NCBI GenBank assembly: GCA_016840065.1
Contig: JAEOTB010000091.1
Location: 54,233-118,232, forward strand
Direction: 5' to 3'
Source: Candidatus Hermodarchaeota archaeon
GTDB lineage: Archaea > Asgardarchaeota > Hermodarchaeia > Hermodarchaeales > Hermodarchaeaceae
DNA: 64,000 nucleotides
In this document: positions 29,495 through 39,143 of the stretch, piece by piece
How the letters are laid out: each line of letters begins with the position of its first letter
Numbering within the stretch: position 1 is the stretch's first letter
Notes under the pieces: generated by a model
Told to the model about the DNA's origin: nothing
The model's input: only the letters and a program-made list of their open reading frames with translations
The model's database searches: none
Position numbers and translations under genes: made by a program

Positions 29495-30685
29495 CTACTT
29501 ATTCTTACGAAGCTTAGCAATGAAATAGCCAGGAAGATTGTGGACATCAGGATAGAATCGCTGTACCAAACGTCTAACCTGCGTATCACCACCTATCCCC
29601 TCTGCTCCTCGAATTATATTCTGTGGTACTAGTGTGAAACCTTTCTCAGTAAGAAGATATACGATATTCCGTTCGTTTTCCTCCCAAGATAGCGTACATG
29701 TCGAGTAGACCAAGACTCCCCCAGGGCGAAGCGTTTCAACTGCTGAATCAAGAATCATCTGCTGGTAATTGGCGGTGCTACGAATGCGTGCTAGCGTAGT
29801 AGTGTCGAAAAGTTTGGGTCGAACACCAAGTGCCGTGCAGGGTGGGTCCACAATAACTCTGTCAGCACTGATGTCTCGATGTTCTGAAAGAAATTTCTTC
29901 GCGCGCCCAACAAAGGGCTGAACACATTTGACTCCAAGCCGGTTCGCTTCTTCTCCAAGGCGTTCGAGACGGCGAGTTGATCTGTCCACTGCTATGATTC
30001 GGCATTGATTTTCTACAAGTTGGGCGATGTGGGTGGTCTTGCCACCAGGAGCAGCACAGAAATCGATGATTATCTCATTTGGTTGGGGATTGAGAATCGG
30101 TCCCACAAGAATAGCTGGATAGGATTGAGAATAAAAGAGCCCCGTTTTATATGCCTCTAAATCAACAAGACTAGGAAGGTTGTAGAAGGAATCAGTAATC
30201 TTAACTACGAGACCGCGTTTTAATTCATGCAATTCTGCACTATCAATGGAAGCAACGCCACTACCCACAAGGTGTCCACGGGGATTAACCACAGTAACAG
30301 CGTCACCAGCACGAAATCTGTTGAACCTGCGAACCCCTGGTCGAAACAGATTACTACCCAAAAGGATGTTCTCTGAACTCGGTTTATCCGCGACAATTAT
30401 TTTTTCATGACGTGGTACAGGACCCCTCTTTTGAATAGGTATTGCAACCACATCCAAGGAAGAGTCGTAGACCTGACATTCAACACCATCCTCTGCCAGT
30501 GAGGCGATAAGCTCCTTGCTAGTTGCACGCAAAGTGTTTGTCCTAAGAAAGAAAAACGCGCCGGGGTTACATAAAGCGGCTCCCAGCGCCGAAGTACGAG
30601 GCGCTCCGAATAGATCAATGAAGTATCGCTCTAACACTGTACTAAATTGGGTAGAGGACGGAGGGTCTACAATGTTATCATTCAA
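29495..30685 (-). CDS. PUA-containing RNA m5C methyltransferase (NSUN6-like)
   Basis: PUA region, DFCAAPGGKT, DPPCTALGVRP, YSTCT. Confidence 0.88.
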   Translation of the reverse strand: MNDNIVDPPSSTQFSTVLERYFIDLFGAPRTSALGAALCNPGAFFFLRTNTLRATSKELIASLAEDGVECQVYDSSLDVVAIPIQKRGPVPRHEKIIVADKPSSENILLGSNLFRPGVRRFNRFRAGDAVTVVNPRGHLVGSGVASIDSAELHELKRGLVVKITDSFYNLPSLVDLEAYKTGLFYSQSYPAILVGPILNPQPNEIIIDFCAAPGGKTTHIAQLVENQCRIIAVDRSTRRLERLGEEANRLGVKCVQPFVGRAKKFLSEHRDISADRVIVDPPCTALGVRPKLFDTTTLARIRSTANYQQMILDSAVETLRPGGVLVYSTCTLSWEENERNIVYLLTEKGFTLVPQNIIRGAEGIGGDTQVRRLVQRFYPDVHNLPGYFIAKLRKNK

Positions 30686-30741
30686 GTTCTGTAATACTCC
30701 TATGCGGAGAATATTCCACTAATGAACAGCATAACTTTTTT

Positions 30742-31647
30742 CTATAGATAGAATGTGCCGTCTGCTACTAGCTTCACCTTTCCTGAAACCAAAACCCCTT
30801 CCATTTCTTCACCCCAAACAACTTCGGACACTAACTGACTGGGCCTTCGAATCTCATAGCCTTGTTCTATGATGATAGGTTTTCCTTTCTCTTTCCTTGA
30901 TAGGACTTTATGATGTTCTATATACGCTGCAAGGGGACCTGCCGCACTTCCAGTTGCGGGATCTTCGACAACACCAACCTCAGGGGCGAAAAACCTTGCA
31001 TGAACATCCGAATCCCTATTCACAGTTTCAGTGCAGAAGATGAGCACATTTCGTGATGGGAACCCCTCTAATCCTTCGAGAATCCCCTGAGAATCCGGTT
31101 GCGCTCTTTGAACTGCAGCCAGGGAAGTAACAGGGACTATCAGTTTGTGTGACCCAGTCGAAACATACTGTATTGGATAATCAGTCTCAATATCTGATTT
31201 TGCTAGCCCTAGGAGTTCGGCGATAGTTTTCCTATCATCCAACTTCTGTAAAAATTCTGGACGCGGTTGTGACATTCGAACTACATCATCAGACAAGAAC
31301 TCAACAGATATTGCACCTATGCCTAATTCCAATAATGCCTCTTTCATATTTGGTTCTAATAGATGCTTGTATCTTAGGACATAGGCTGTACCTAAAGTAG
31401 GATGACCGGCAAAGGGCAGCTCTCTAGCAGGTGTGAAAATCCTAACCTTAACATTACACCCCGATAGCTCAGGTAGAGAGATGAAAGTTGTTTCTGAGAA
31501 ATTCATCTCCAAGGCAATGCCCTGCATGTTCTCCGTATCTAGGCTACAGTTACTCGCAGCATCCCAGAATGTCGCAAGTTGATTTCCACCAAAAGAATAC
31601 CTAGGATCTACAAAGACACTTGTTTGAATGTAAGGAAGCGCAACCAT
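30742..31647 (-). CDS. PhzF family isomerase
   Basis: GGNQLA, FSETTF, ELPFAGHPTLG, EDPATGSA. Confidence 0.92.
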   Translation of the reverse strand: MVALPYIQTSVFVDPRYSFGGNQLATFWDAASNCSLDTENMQGIALEMNFSETTFISLPELSGCNVKVRIFTPARELPFAGHPTLGTAYVLRYKHLLEPNMKEALLELGIGAISVEFLSDDVVRMSQPRPEFLQKLDDRKTIAELLGLAKSDIETDYPIQYVSTGSHKLIVPVTSLAAVQRAQPDSQGILEGLEGFPSRNVLIFCTETVNRDSDVHARFFAPEVGVVEDPATGSAAGPLAAYIEHHKVLSRKEKGKPIIIEQGYEIRRPSQLVSEVVWGEEMEGVLVSGKVKLVADGTFYL

Positions 31648-31748
31648 GATGAAAGGAACAGTAGAAGAGATATTTCAAACTACTTATCCATGCTTCATGA
31701 CTGTCCTCAGCATTATCCGTACTAATTGGTAGAAGTTGTGTATGCATC

Positions 31749-32864
31749 TCAGAAGAAATCAGAGAGCGCCAATTGACCTTGCTTTGAAAGTAGATTGGAC
31801 ACCTTGACTCCAATAAGACGCAGCCACCTATCTGGAAGCCGATTCTCTTTATAGAGCTGCAAGGCGACACAACACAAAACCGATTCTTCATCAGTACCCA
31901 CTTTCAAAGTTCTACTTCGTTGAACTGTAGAGAAATCACTATATCGAATTTTTACTGTGACCGTTCGAAAGCGGAGGGATTTTGCCTGGAGTTTCTTCCA
32001 TATCCGTTTGCAGATATCATCTAATGTTCCATAGAGGGGGGCAATCGATGAGGTATCAATATCTTCCATAAAGGTACGGTCCTTACTGATTGACTTGCGT
32101 CTTCTCGGTCCACTCCGTTTCAGTGGACGCCCATCAATACCAAAAGCTCGATTACGCAACCATTTGGCGCCCTTTACACCCATAATTGGGTACAGGTCCG
32201 TAAGAGGCATACGTTGAATCTGACCAAGAGTAGTTATTCCATATTTTCCCAACCGCTGGGCGGTCACTCGCCCGATGCCATTTACGACCCTCACATCTAG
32301 CGGAGCAAGAAACTCAGCAATCGCGACCGAATCTTGGGGAACAAGTGTAATACCCATTGGCTTGTTGATTCCTGTTGCAATCTTGGCTACTGCCATATTT
32401 GGTGCGACACCTATCGAGCAAGGTAGCTTAGTTGTTTCTCGGATTGCTTGCTGAATCTCCTTTGCTAAAGGCTCAGGCCCTCCACATACAAGCGCCCTCC
32501 TAGTTACATCTATGTAAGCTTCGTCAATACTTGCCCGCCGCACCCGTTCATCATCGGCAAACTCTTCAAGAACTCCCATAATCTCATCCGAGGCTTCGAT
32601 ATAATTAGAGAAATCACCCCGCACAAATACAGCATCAGGACATAATCGATACGCCTCGGTCACAGGCATACCAGACCGAATCCCATAATCACGTGCCTCA
32701 TAGGAGGCAGCCCGCACAACCCCTCGACCCCGCCCCTCCCTAGGGTCATGCCCAACACACACTGGGAGCCCAACCAACTCTGGATTGACCCGAAACTGCT
32801 CAACCGACGCATAGAACGCGTCCATGTCCACATGCATTACCCATCGAGACATCGAAACGACCAA
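31749..32864 (-). CDS. dbh: Y-family DNA polymerase IV (DinB/Dpo4)
   Basis: HVDMDAFYASVE, SYEAR.YG, SIDEAY, RLIGV. Confidence 0.95.
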   Translation of the reverse strand: MVVSMSRWVMHVDMDAFYASVEQFRVNPELVGLPVCVGHDPREGRGRGVVRAASYEARDYGIRSGMPVTEAYRLCPDAVFVRGDFSNYIEASDEIMGVLEEFADDERVRRASIDEAYIDVTRRALVCGGPEPLAKEIQQAIRETTKLPCSIGVAPNMAVAKIATGINKPMGITLVPQDSVAIAEFLAPLDVRVVNGIGRVTAQRLGKYGITTLGQIQRMPLTDLYPIMGVKGAKWLRNRAFGIDGRPLKRSGPRRRKSISKDRTFMEDIDTSSIAPLYGTLDDICKRIWKKLQAKSLRFRTVTVKIRYSDFSTVQRSRTLKVGTDEESVLCCVALQLYKENRLPDRWLRLIGVKVSNLLSKQGQLALSDFF

Positions 32865-33049
32865 CGAATCGTTCCTATTCTAACATCGGCTACCACAAAA
32901 GGTGGATAAATAGGGACAGAGACTACCAGCGAAGTGAGATACATAGGATTATTGAATGGTATGGCTTCAAGACACCAAGACCCGTTGCTCAAAACAAATA
33001 TGCAGGGATCTACGCCTCAACTGCTACAGGAATACTGGAGAGTGATGTT

Positions 33050-33679
33050 ATGAAAGAGTTGATTTTAGTTCGCCATGGTCAATCAGAACACAATATCAAA
33101 GGCCTGACAGGGGGCTGGATTGACACACCCCTTACACCTCAAGGGCGCCGACAAGCCGCTGCTACAGCTCACAGGCTAGCGACGCTAATCCAGAATAAGT
33201 CACCTAGCTTCTATTGCAGTGACTTCATTCGCGCCAAGAAGACAGCAGACATCATTGGCGAAATACTTAGGATAACCCCGACAGCGACGGAAGAATTGCG
33301 AGAGCTCAACTGGGGTGTTGCCAAAGACATGACCCTTGATGCGGCGCGTCACCTTGAGTTACCGATGACAGAGCCACTTATTGACTGGATCGCTTTCCCT
33401 GAAGCAGAAACACGTCGCCAACTCTACCAGCGAATCACCCAGTTCCTAGAAAAACTCGACACCAGTAACCGTGATTGTATACTCATCGTCAGCCACGGCA
33501 ATGCTATCAAAGTCATTATTCAATGGTGGCTCGAACTCACAGAGCCCCAGCAATCACTCATTGACTTCGATATCGCACCCTGCAGTATCACTCATCTCTA
33601 CATCAACGATTGGGACCAAAAAACCATCGCTGAACTCAATACCACAGGACATCTCGATGCTTCATCCAACAATGAGTAG
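33050..33679 (+). CDS. Histidine phosphatase family protein
   Basis: LVRHGQS, LRELNWG, IVSHG. Confidence 0.92.
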   Translation: MKELILVRHGQSEHNIKGLTGGWIDTPLTPQGRRQAAATAHRLATLIQNKSPSFYCSDFIRAKKTADIIGEILRITPTATEELRELNWGVAKDMTLDAARHLELPMTEPLIDWIAFPEAETRRQLYQRITQFLEKLDTSNRDCILIVSHGNAIKVIIQWWLELTEPQQSLIDFDIAPCSITHLYINDWDQKTIAELNTTGHLDASSNNE

Positions 33680-33744
33680 CCGTTTGACATCATGAAACAA
33701 TGAATTACCCATAGCAAGCCAACGGCTTACCACAAAATCGGTGA

Positions 33745-34623
33745 TCAGATATCCTCGACCTTCTCAATAGGAACCCAGCCGAATTGTCCCCCAGTAGTTG
33801 CACACCAAATCCAACCAAGTACTTCCCTAATGAAGAACAGTCTGTCCCCAGTTGTTACATCTAGTTCTGTCGAGTTATAATTAACAAGTAACACACCTAA
33901 ACCTCTTTGATTTTCAAAGAAGGGTTGAGGAACCCAGTCACTAACACCCTCTCTGCTTGTGCACCAGAACCATCCACCTCTTTCTGAATCTTCTGCCCCC
34001 ACCTCCACAACATCACCAGCTCTCACAATCAGAGCGGGAGAATGTTCGGATTTGTGTCCCTTTACAACGCGCAGACTACGTCTACACATACCTAGTAACT
34101 GCTGACGTATAGGAAGACTACTTGGAGACGTGAAGGGCTGCACAGAAAGTTGTATGATTCGGTAATCATGGAATTCATGAGCAGCAACCCTAAGGAGCTC
34201 GCTAGTGTTCTCGACAAGGTGCATAAGAACTACGTACTTGCCTTCTTGCCGAAGTTGACGCACTGCTGGTTCGAAATCCGAATCCCCAGTCACGACTATG
34301 TAAACATCTGCATCATAGCGCATCATATCAACTATCATCTGTGTGTCTACGATCGAACGTTTGTAACCATTTGTTGAGACATATCGGGGTTCAAATCCTG
34401 CTCTCCGCATACGTATTTCTACTGGAGGATTAGCTTGAGCCAAATATACACGCGCTAAAGTTACTTGTCCGTATAGTCTCGCGAAGAATTGAATATAGGA
34501 ATACTCTACAATTGAATAGCCAGCCTGCCTCAATGAAAGATATAGATTATCATTATCAACAAATATAGCCACTCGACGTGATTTACTACGAGTAACTGTC
34601 GATAGTGCCTTTGCTTTTTTCAT
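33745..34623 (-). CDS. NYN (PIN-like) nuclease domain fused to tandem SH3-like domains
   Basis: IFVDNDN, VDTQM, VTGDSDF; C-terminal GWFWC...DWVP and GWIWC...GWVP; ATG 34623 overlaps upstream stop (TAATG). Confidence 0.8.
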   Translation of the reverse strand: MKKAKALSTVTRSKSRRVAIFVDNDNLYLSLRQAGYSIVEYSYIQFFARLYGQVTLARVYLAQANPPVEIRMRRAGFEPRYVSTNGYKRSIVDTQMIVDMMRYDADVYIVVTGDSDFEPAVRQLRQEGKYVVLMHLVENTSELLRVAAHEFHDYRIIQLSVQPFTSPSSLPIRQQLLGMCRRSLRVVKGHKSEHSPALIVRAGDVVEVGAEDSERGGWFWCTSREGVSDWVPQPFFENQRGLGVLLVNYNSTELDVTTGDRLFFIREVLGWIWCATTGGQFGWVPIEKVEDI

Positions 34624-35864
34624 TAGTTTCCTCCCCTCTCGATAAGCGCCTCTAATGAACCAGTGCCAAATGCCTCCCAAGCCGCCAAAACGATTTCAGG
34701 TAGATTGAAGGAAACTACTTGACTTTTGCCACCCATCAATAACCTAAGTGAATCAATACCATAACGAATTATTTTCCCTCGCCGTGTTAATATCGCCAAA
34801 CTATTCGTTAATTCTTGAACTTCTTTGTACTCTTCCTGAGATAGAGCTACATCCAGCTGCTCTTTCACTTTCTCAGTTTCATCCTTAAACATCCTAAGAA
34901 TTTTGATTATGAAGTTCTCCCACCCCTTTTGATTTCTTTTTGCTGGAATTTCTACTCCATTGAAGAACACTTCTTTTGATTCTAGGAGCGCTATCTTTCC
35001 CGAAAGTAGGTTCATCTTGAACCAACTGGGCTTTTCCTCCCTAAAGGGTAGGTTGAGAATTATCAATAGTTGTTCTAACTTGTCTTGGCCAAAGACCTCA
35101 TTTAATTCGTCTTGTGCAGCAATTGCTCTGTGATCCTTGTTCAAGGGCCCCCAAGCCATGAACCGGAAATTAAATTCCAATGACAAATCCGAGTTACTTC
35201 TCACCAACTCAGCTTGTAGATGTTCGGGGTAAGTTTCGTGAAGGCATCTAATTGTGACTTCATCAGGTATTCGTGTTTGGGCGAGGAGCTTTCGTGTTTC
35301 TTCCTCAAACCCTGCTATGCTACCCTTCCTGAGAGTAGATTCAATTATCTCTTCGATACATGCCTCCCAGAGAGTCAGTGACATCTCTGGAAAATAAGGC
35401 ATCTGTAGTCTAAGCGTTTGAGCGCGGTCCTTTACGTCCTGTTTTCTCCATTCCTTTAGAGCATCTTCAACTTCTCTGAGCTTCTCGGTAGGATATTGAC
35501 TGGATTCAGATGTTGAGTTTAGGTTTCTCAGAATTTGCTCTAATTCTGATGCCATGAAACTCCGTATTAGTTCAGTAAAGGTTGTTCTTTCCTCGGATGC
35601 CCGTTTTACTAACCAAAGATAGGAGGGGAATGATACTCGAAACGATTTTGTGACATACTTTGCTGAAGGCAGATAGGTCTGTGATAAGGCTCTCGCGAAT
35701 TCCTTTGCTTCAACGTATCGCTCTTCAGAAATCAGTTCCTTAAGTCGCTCTTTTGCTTCGCCCCTAGAAAATACCCAAAACTTCCTTGACCCTGCTTCTA
35801 CTGGTACTCCGTCCTTGAGCCAGGCGAGGAATTGGGCAGCTCTCTCAGATAATGGCTCTTGCAT
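34623..35864 (-). CDS. Hypothetical protein, possible ribbon-helix-helix segment and coiled coils
   Basis: 413-aa ORF; SFRVSFPSYLWLVKRASEERTTFTELIRSFM resembles RHH. Confidence 0.6.
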   Translation of the reverse strand: MQEPLSERAAQFLAWLKDGVPVEAGSRKFWVFSRGEAKERLKELISEERYVEAKEFARALSQTYLPSAKYVTKSFRVSFPSYLWLVKRASEERTTFTELIRSFMASELEQILRNLNSTSESSQYPTEKLREVEDALKEWRKQDVKDRAQTLRLQMPYFPEMSLTLWEACIEEIIESTLRKGSIAGFEEETRKLLAQTRIPDEVTIRCLHETYPEHLQAELVRSNSDLSLEFNFRFMAWGPLNKDHRAIAAQDELNEVFGQDKLEQLLIILNLPFREEKPSWFKMNLLSGKIALLESKEVFFNGVEIPAKRNQKGWENFIIKILRMFKDETEKVKEQLDVALSQEEYKEVQELTNSLAILTRRGKIIRYGIDSLRLLMGGKSQVVSFNLPEIVLAAWEAFGTGSLEALIERGGN

Positions 35865-36017
35865 ATAACGCGCCTACAAATTGTTGTAAATATTCATTTA
35901 TAAATATATGTAAATCATATATTTTATGATTGTAAATTATCTCTTAACTGTGCCCCCCTCAAAAGAAGTATATGAAAAAGCGAAAGCTTCTAACAGAACA
36001 ACAAAGTAAGCTCCAGT

Positions 36018-36314
36018 ATGCCCGACCCCCCAGAGGATGTACACGATGCCATCATCCGATTCAACCGCCAATACAACCCCACAATAACGGCAAAGTTCCT
36101 CACCTTCAACGACAACGAACTCCACATCCAATTCACAGGACCCCTAAGCAGCGTTGTCGGAATCTCAGATTATTTTGAAGACTTCATTATCGAACTCGAC
36201 TCCTGCGCCCCCATTAGCCTCACTCTAAAAGACTACAAACAGGAAGGCAATATAGCCTATCACGTACGATACAATGTGACCTACCGAAGCGGCACCTGCA
36301 CTTGTGGGAAATAA
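36018..36314 (+). CDS. Small archaeal hypothetical protein
   Basis: 98-aa ORF, FTG...GISDYFEDF; fills gap convergent with mvhA. Confidence 0.55.
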   Translation: MPDPPEDVHDAIIRFNRQYNPTITAKFLTFNDNELHIQFTGPLSSVVGISDYFEDFIIELDSCAPISLTLKDYKQEGNIAYHVRYNVTYRSGTCTCGK

Positions 36315-36360
36315 GTGGAATCACTGTTGAGGAGAGCGACCGAGTTAGATAGGGCGTAGT

Positions 36361-37782
36361 TTATTCATCGAAGTTTTGATGAACCTGCACAGTTTCGCCA
36401 AGATGATTCAGGACCTCAATCCGCATCGCTATTTGTCCATTAACCGAGTGCACAGCACAACTGAGGCACGGATCGTAGGCCCTTACGACCATCTCTATGT
36501 TAGAGTAGATGATTGGGTTCACTACGCCGTTTTTAATGAGGCGGCGAGCCATGTTCAAGACGCCTTGGTCCATACCACCGTTGTTGCCGACGGTGGAGAC
36601 GATGAGGTTTACGTTGGTGAGAATGCCTTCGTCATTAGCCGTGTAGTGGTGGATGAGTGTGCCCCGCGGGGCCTCGATGACACCGACGCCTTGACCTCCA
36701 CGAACTTCGAATTCCTGCATGATATTATCGGAGGTAATTTCGCTGTCGTTGAGAAGTTGGGTGCCGCGTTCGATGCTATAGAGGATTTCGACCATTCTGG
36801 CCCAATGGTAGAGGAAGGTGTGGTTCATAGTTTTACCAAATTGAGCGCGCATCTTCTCCAGTTCCTCACGGGCTAGAGGTGTGGTAATCGAGTCAGCGAC
36901 GTTGAGACGAGCAAGCGGACCAACTCGATACATTCCACCAGGCCAGCCTCGAGGTCTATAGAAGGGGAATTTAAGATAGGAATAATCAGTAACGTGTTCT
37001 CCGATGTGTTTCAGGTAGTCTTTCACAGGAAACTCGGCAAGGCGTGTACCGTCATGGTCAACTAATCGGAGGGGACCGTTGTAGAGCTCGAGGTTCCCTT
37101 TGGTCACGAGACCCAGATAGCCTGACTGGAGTTCGTCTAGGAGTTCAACCTTTCCTAGAAGAGGCGCCACAACTGGGAGAAGTTCCGTGGCGAGTCCATG
37201 CGCTTCTTGCATTTGTTGGAGGAGATCGCCGCGAACGTCTTCGCTGAGAGGTTTTGATATGCCTCCTGGCTGGGCAGTAACAGGATGAATAGCCCTACCG
37301 CCAACAGCTTGAATTGTATTCTGACCTATTTGGCGGAGGCGGATAACCTTCTTCACTAGTTCTGGATTCTGCTTGAGTAGTGTTACCACATGACGGGTTT
37401 CAGGACCCGTATCAGGGAGTAGAAGGTCTGGTGCTGCAAGATAGAAAAAGTGAAGCACATGACTATGCAGAATCTGACCCATATGCATGAGTTCACGCAA
37501 GAGCTTGGCAGGCCTTGGCGGGTCAAGACCGTACAAAGCATCGGCAGCGTGAGCTGAAGCAAGATGATGGGAAACAGGACATATACCACACATACGCGTG
37601 GCTATACGCTGAGCTTCCTCGACAGGTCTTCCGGTCATGAACTTTTCAAAGCCCCGGACATCCATCACATGGAAGTGAGCGTCAGCGACTTCGCCTTTGG
37701 CGTCAAGTTGGATAGTGATAGCGCCGTGGCCTTCTACGCGGGAAACTGGGTGGATTTTGATTGTTTTGCCTTTTTCGGTCAT
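36361..37782 (-). CDS. mvhA: Group 3c [NiFe] hydrogenase large subunit
   Basis: RVEGH, RMCGIC (L1), EAPRG, YDPCLSCAVH (L2) plus cleavable C-terminal extension. Confidence 0.93.
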   Translation of the reverse strand: MTEKGKTIKIHPVSRVEGHGAITIQLDAKGEVADAHFHVMDVRGFEKFMTGRPVEEAQRIATRMCGICPVSHHLASAHAADALYGLDPPRPAKLLRELMHMGQILHSHVLHFFYLAAPDLLLPDTGPETRHVVTLLKQNPELVKKVIRLRQIGQNTIQAVGGRAIHPVTAQPGGISKPLSEDVRGDLLQQMQEAHGLATELLPVVAPLLGKVELLDELQSGYLGLVTKGNLELYNGPLRLVDHDGTRLAEFPVKDYLKHIGEHVTDYSYLKFPFYRPRGWPGGMYRVGPLARLNVADSITTPLAREELEKMRAQFGKTMNHTFLYHWARMVEILYSIERGTQLLNDSEITSDNIMQEFEVRGGQGVGVIEAPRGTLIHHYTANDEGILTNVNLIVSTVGNNGGMDQGVLNMARRLIKNGVVNPIIYSNIEMVVRAYDPCLSCAVHSVNGQIAMRIEVLNHLGETVQVHQNFDE

Positions 37783-38714
37783 GTTTTTGCAGCCTCCTTG
37801 GGTTTGGCTGTTGCAAGGTGAAGGGCTTTTTTGAAGGTGGAAGTAGCGAAGGTGAACCTGAGGTAAGTGCCGACGATATCGGGGATTTCCTTGGCGGTTT
37901 GGTCAGGTGGAGCTTCTTTGAAGTCTTTAGTGGTGATGGAGCCGATTGCACCAATCATCTTAGCGGCCTGGTCGTCAACAGCTTCGGTGGGACCAAAGCA
38001 GCCGCGGCAGGGTGCGAGGGCGGTTGGGCAGCGGGCCTCACAGCCACTCTGTGTTGCGGGTCCCATGCATTGGAAGCCTTGTTCGAGGACACAGCGTTCA
38101 GGATCGATGCGTTTTGTGCCCCATCGGTAAAAGTGGGTGACGTTCTTCTCTTCTTTGTGAAGGGGGCATTCGTCACAAACGGTTTTAGGTTCGAGTTTGA
38201 ATTCTCTGCCCTCAAGTAGACACGTGACGAGTTCGGCGATGAGTTTGGGCGGTGGCGGACATCCAGGGAGTACATAGTCCACCTTGACATAATCGCTGAG
38301 AGGATGAAGTTCAGGGAGCATTGGTGGGACGACCTTGTGTGGGATGACACCATCTGGATTGACCGTGCTCTTGGTGTCGATGTAGACTTCCTGCAGGATT
38401 TCCTCTTTGGTGTGGAGGTTTGCTAGACCAGGGATCCCGCCGAATGCAGCGCAAGCTCCAAAAGCGACAAGGACTGTGGAGCGTTCACGCATCTTTTGGA
38501 GGAGTTCCACTTGTTCTTCATTGCGTACTGCGCCTGAGACAAAACCTACGGTGACGCCTTCTTTGGGTGGTTCACGGAAATCCATTAAGACCTGAATGTA
38601 CTTGAGATCGATTGCGTCAAGTACACCAACTAGTGCTTCATGGAGATCCAGAATTGCGATTTCGCATCCTGAGCAGATGCTCAATGTTTCTACTGCAAGG
38701 CTTGGTTTTGTCAT
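37779..38714 (-). CDS. mvhG: [NiFe] hydrogenase small subunit
   Basis: CSGCE, GACA, PGCPP, VCDEC, PCRGCFG. Confidence 0.92.
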   Translation of the reverse strand: MTKPSLAVETLSICSGCEIAILDLHEALVGVLDAIDLKYIQVLMDFREPPKEGVTVGFVSGAVRNEEQVELLQKMRERSTVLVAFGACAAFGGIPGLANLHTKEEILQEVYIDTKSTVNPDGVIPHKVVPPMLPELHPLSDYVKVDYVLPGCPPPPKLIAELVTCLLEGREFKLEPKTVCDECPLHKEEKNVTHFYRWGTKRIDPERCVLEQGFQCMGPATQSGCEARCPTALAPCRGCFGPTEAVDDQAAKMIGAIGSITTKDFKEAPPDQTAKEIPDIVGTYLRFTFATSTFKKALHLATAKPKEAAKT

Positions 38715-38715
38715 T

Positions 38716-39141
38716 TTACTCAGGTCCTCCGTTGAAGAGCGGGTTGGGCCCTAATGTCTTTATCTCTTTTACGAATGACTTCATGGTCTCTGCGAATTTG
38801 GCGCCTTCAGCCGCTGAGACATATGCAAGACGAAGTCTTTCTGGTTCTATGTTCATCGCCTTAAGATACTCCTTAAGGAGTGCAACACGCCTAGCCGTTT
38901 GGTAGTTGCCTGTTAAGTAATGACAATCTCCAGGATGGCAGCCCGCGATGAGGACACCGTCTGCTTTGAGTTTCAGTGCCCGTAGAACGAAGATTGGATC
39001 CACGCGGCCGCTACAGTTCACTCGAATAATCCGAGCATTGGGTGGATACTGCATGCGTGAGGTCCCTGCCATGTCTGCACCTGCGTAGGAGCACCAGCGA
39101 CAAGCAAAGGCTACGATTTTCGGTTCGAAGGATTTACCCAT
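38716..39141 (-). CDS. mvhD: Hydrogenase [2Fe-2S] subunit MvhD
   Basis: FACRWCSY, CSGRVD, GCHPGDCHY. Confidence 0.95.
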   Translation of the reverse strand: MGKSFEPKIVAFACRWCSYAGADMAGTSRMQYPPNARIIRVNCSGRVDPIFVLRALKLKADGVLIAGCHPGDCHYLTGNYQTARRVALLKEYLKAMNIEPERLRLAYVSAAEGAKFAETMKSFVKEIKTLGPNPLFNGGPE

Positions 39142-39143
39142 GT

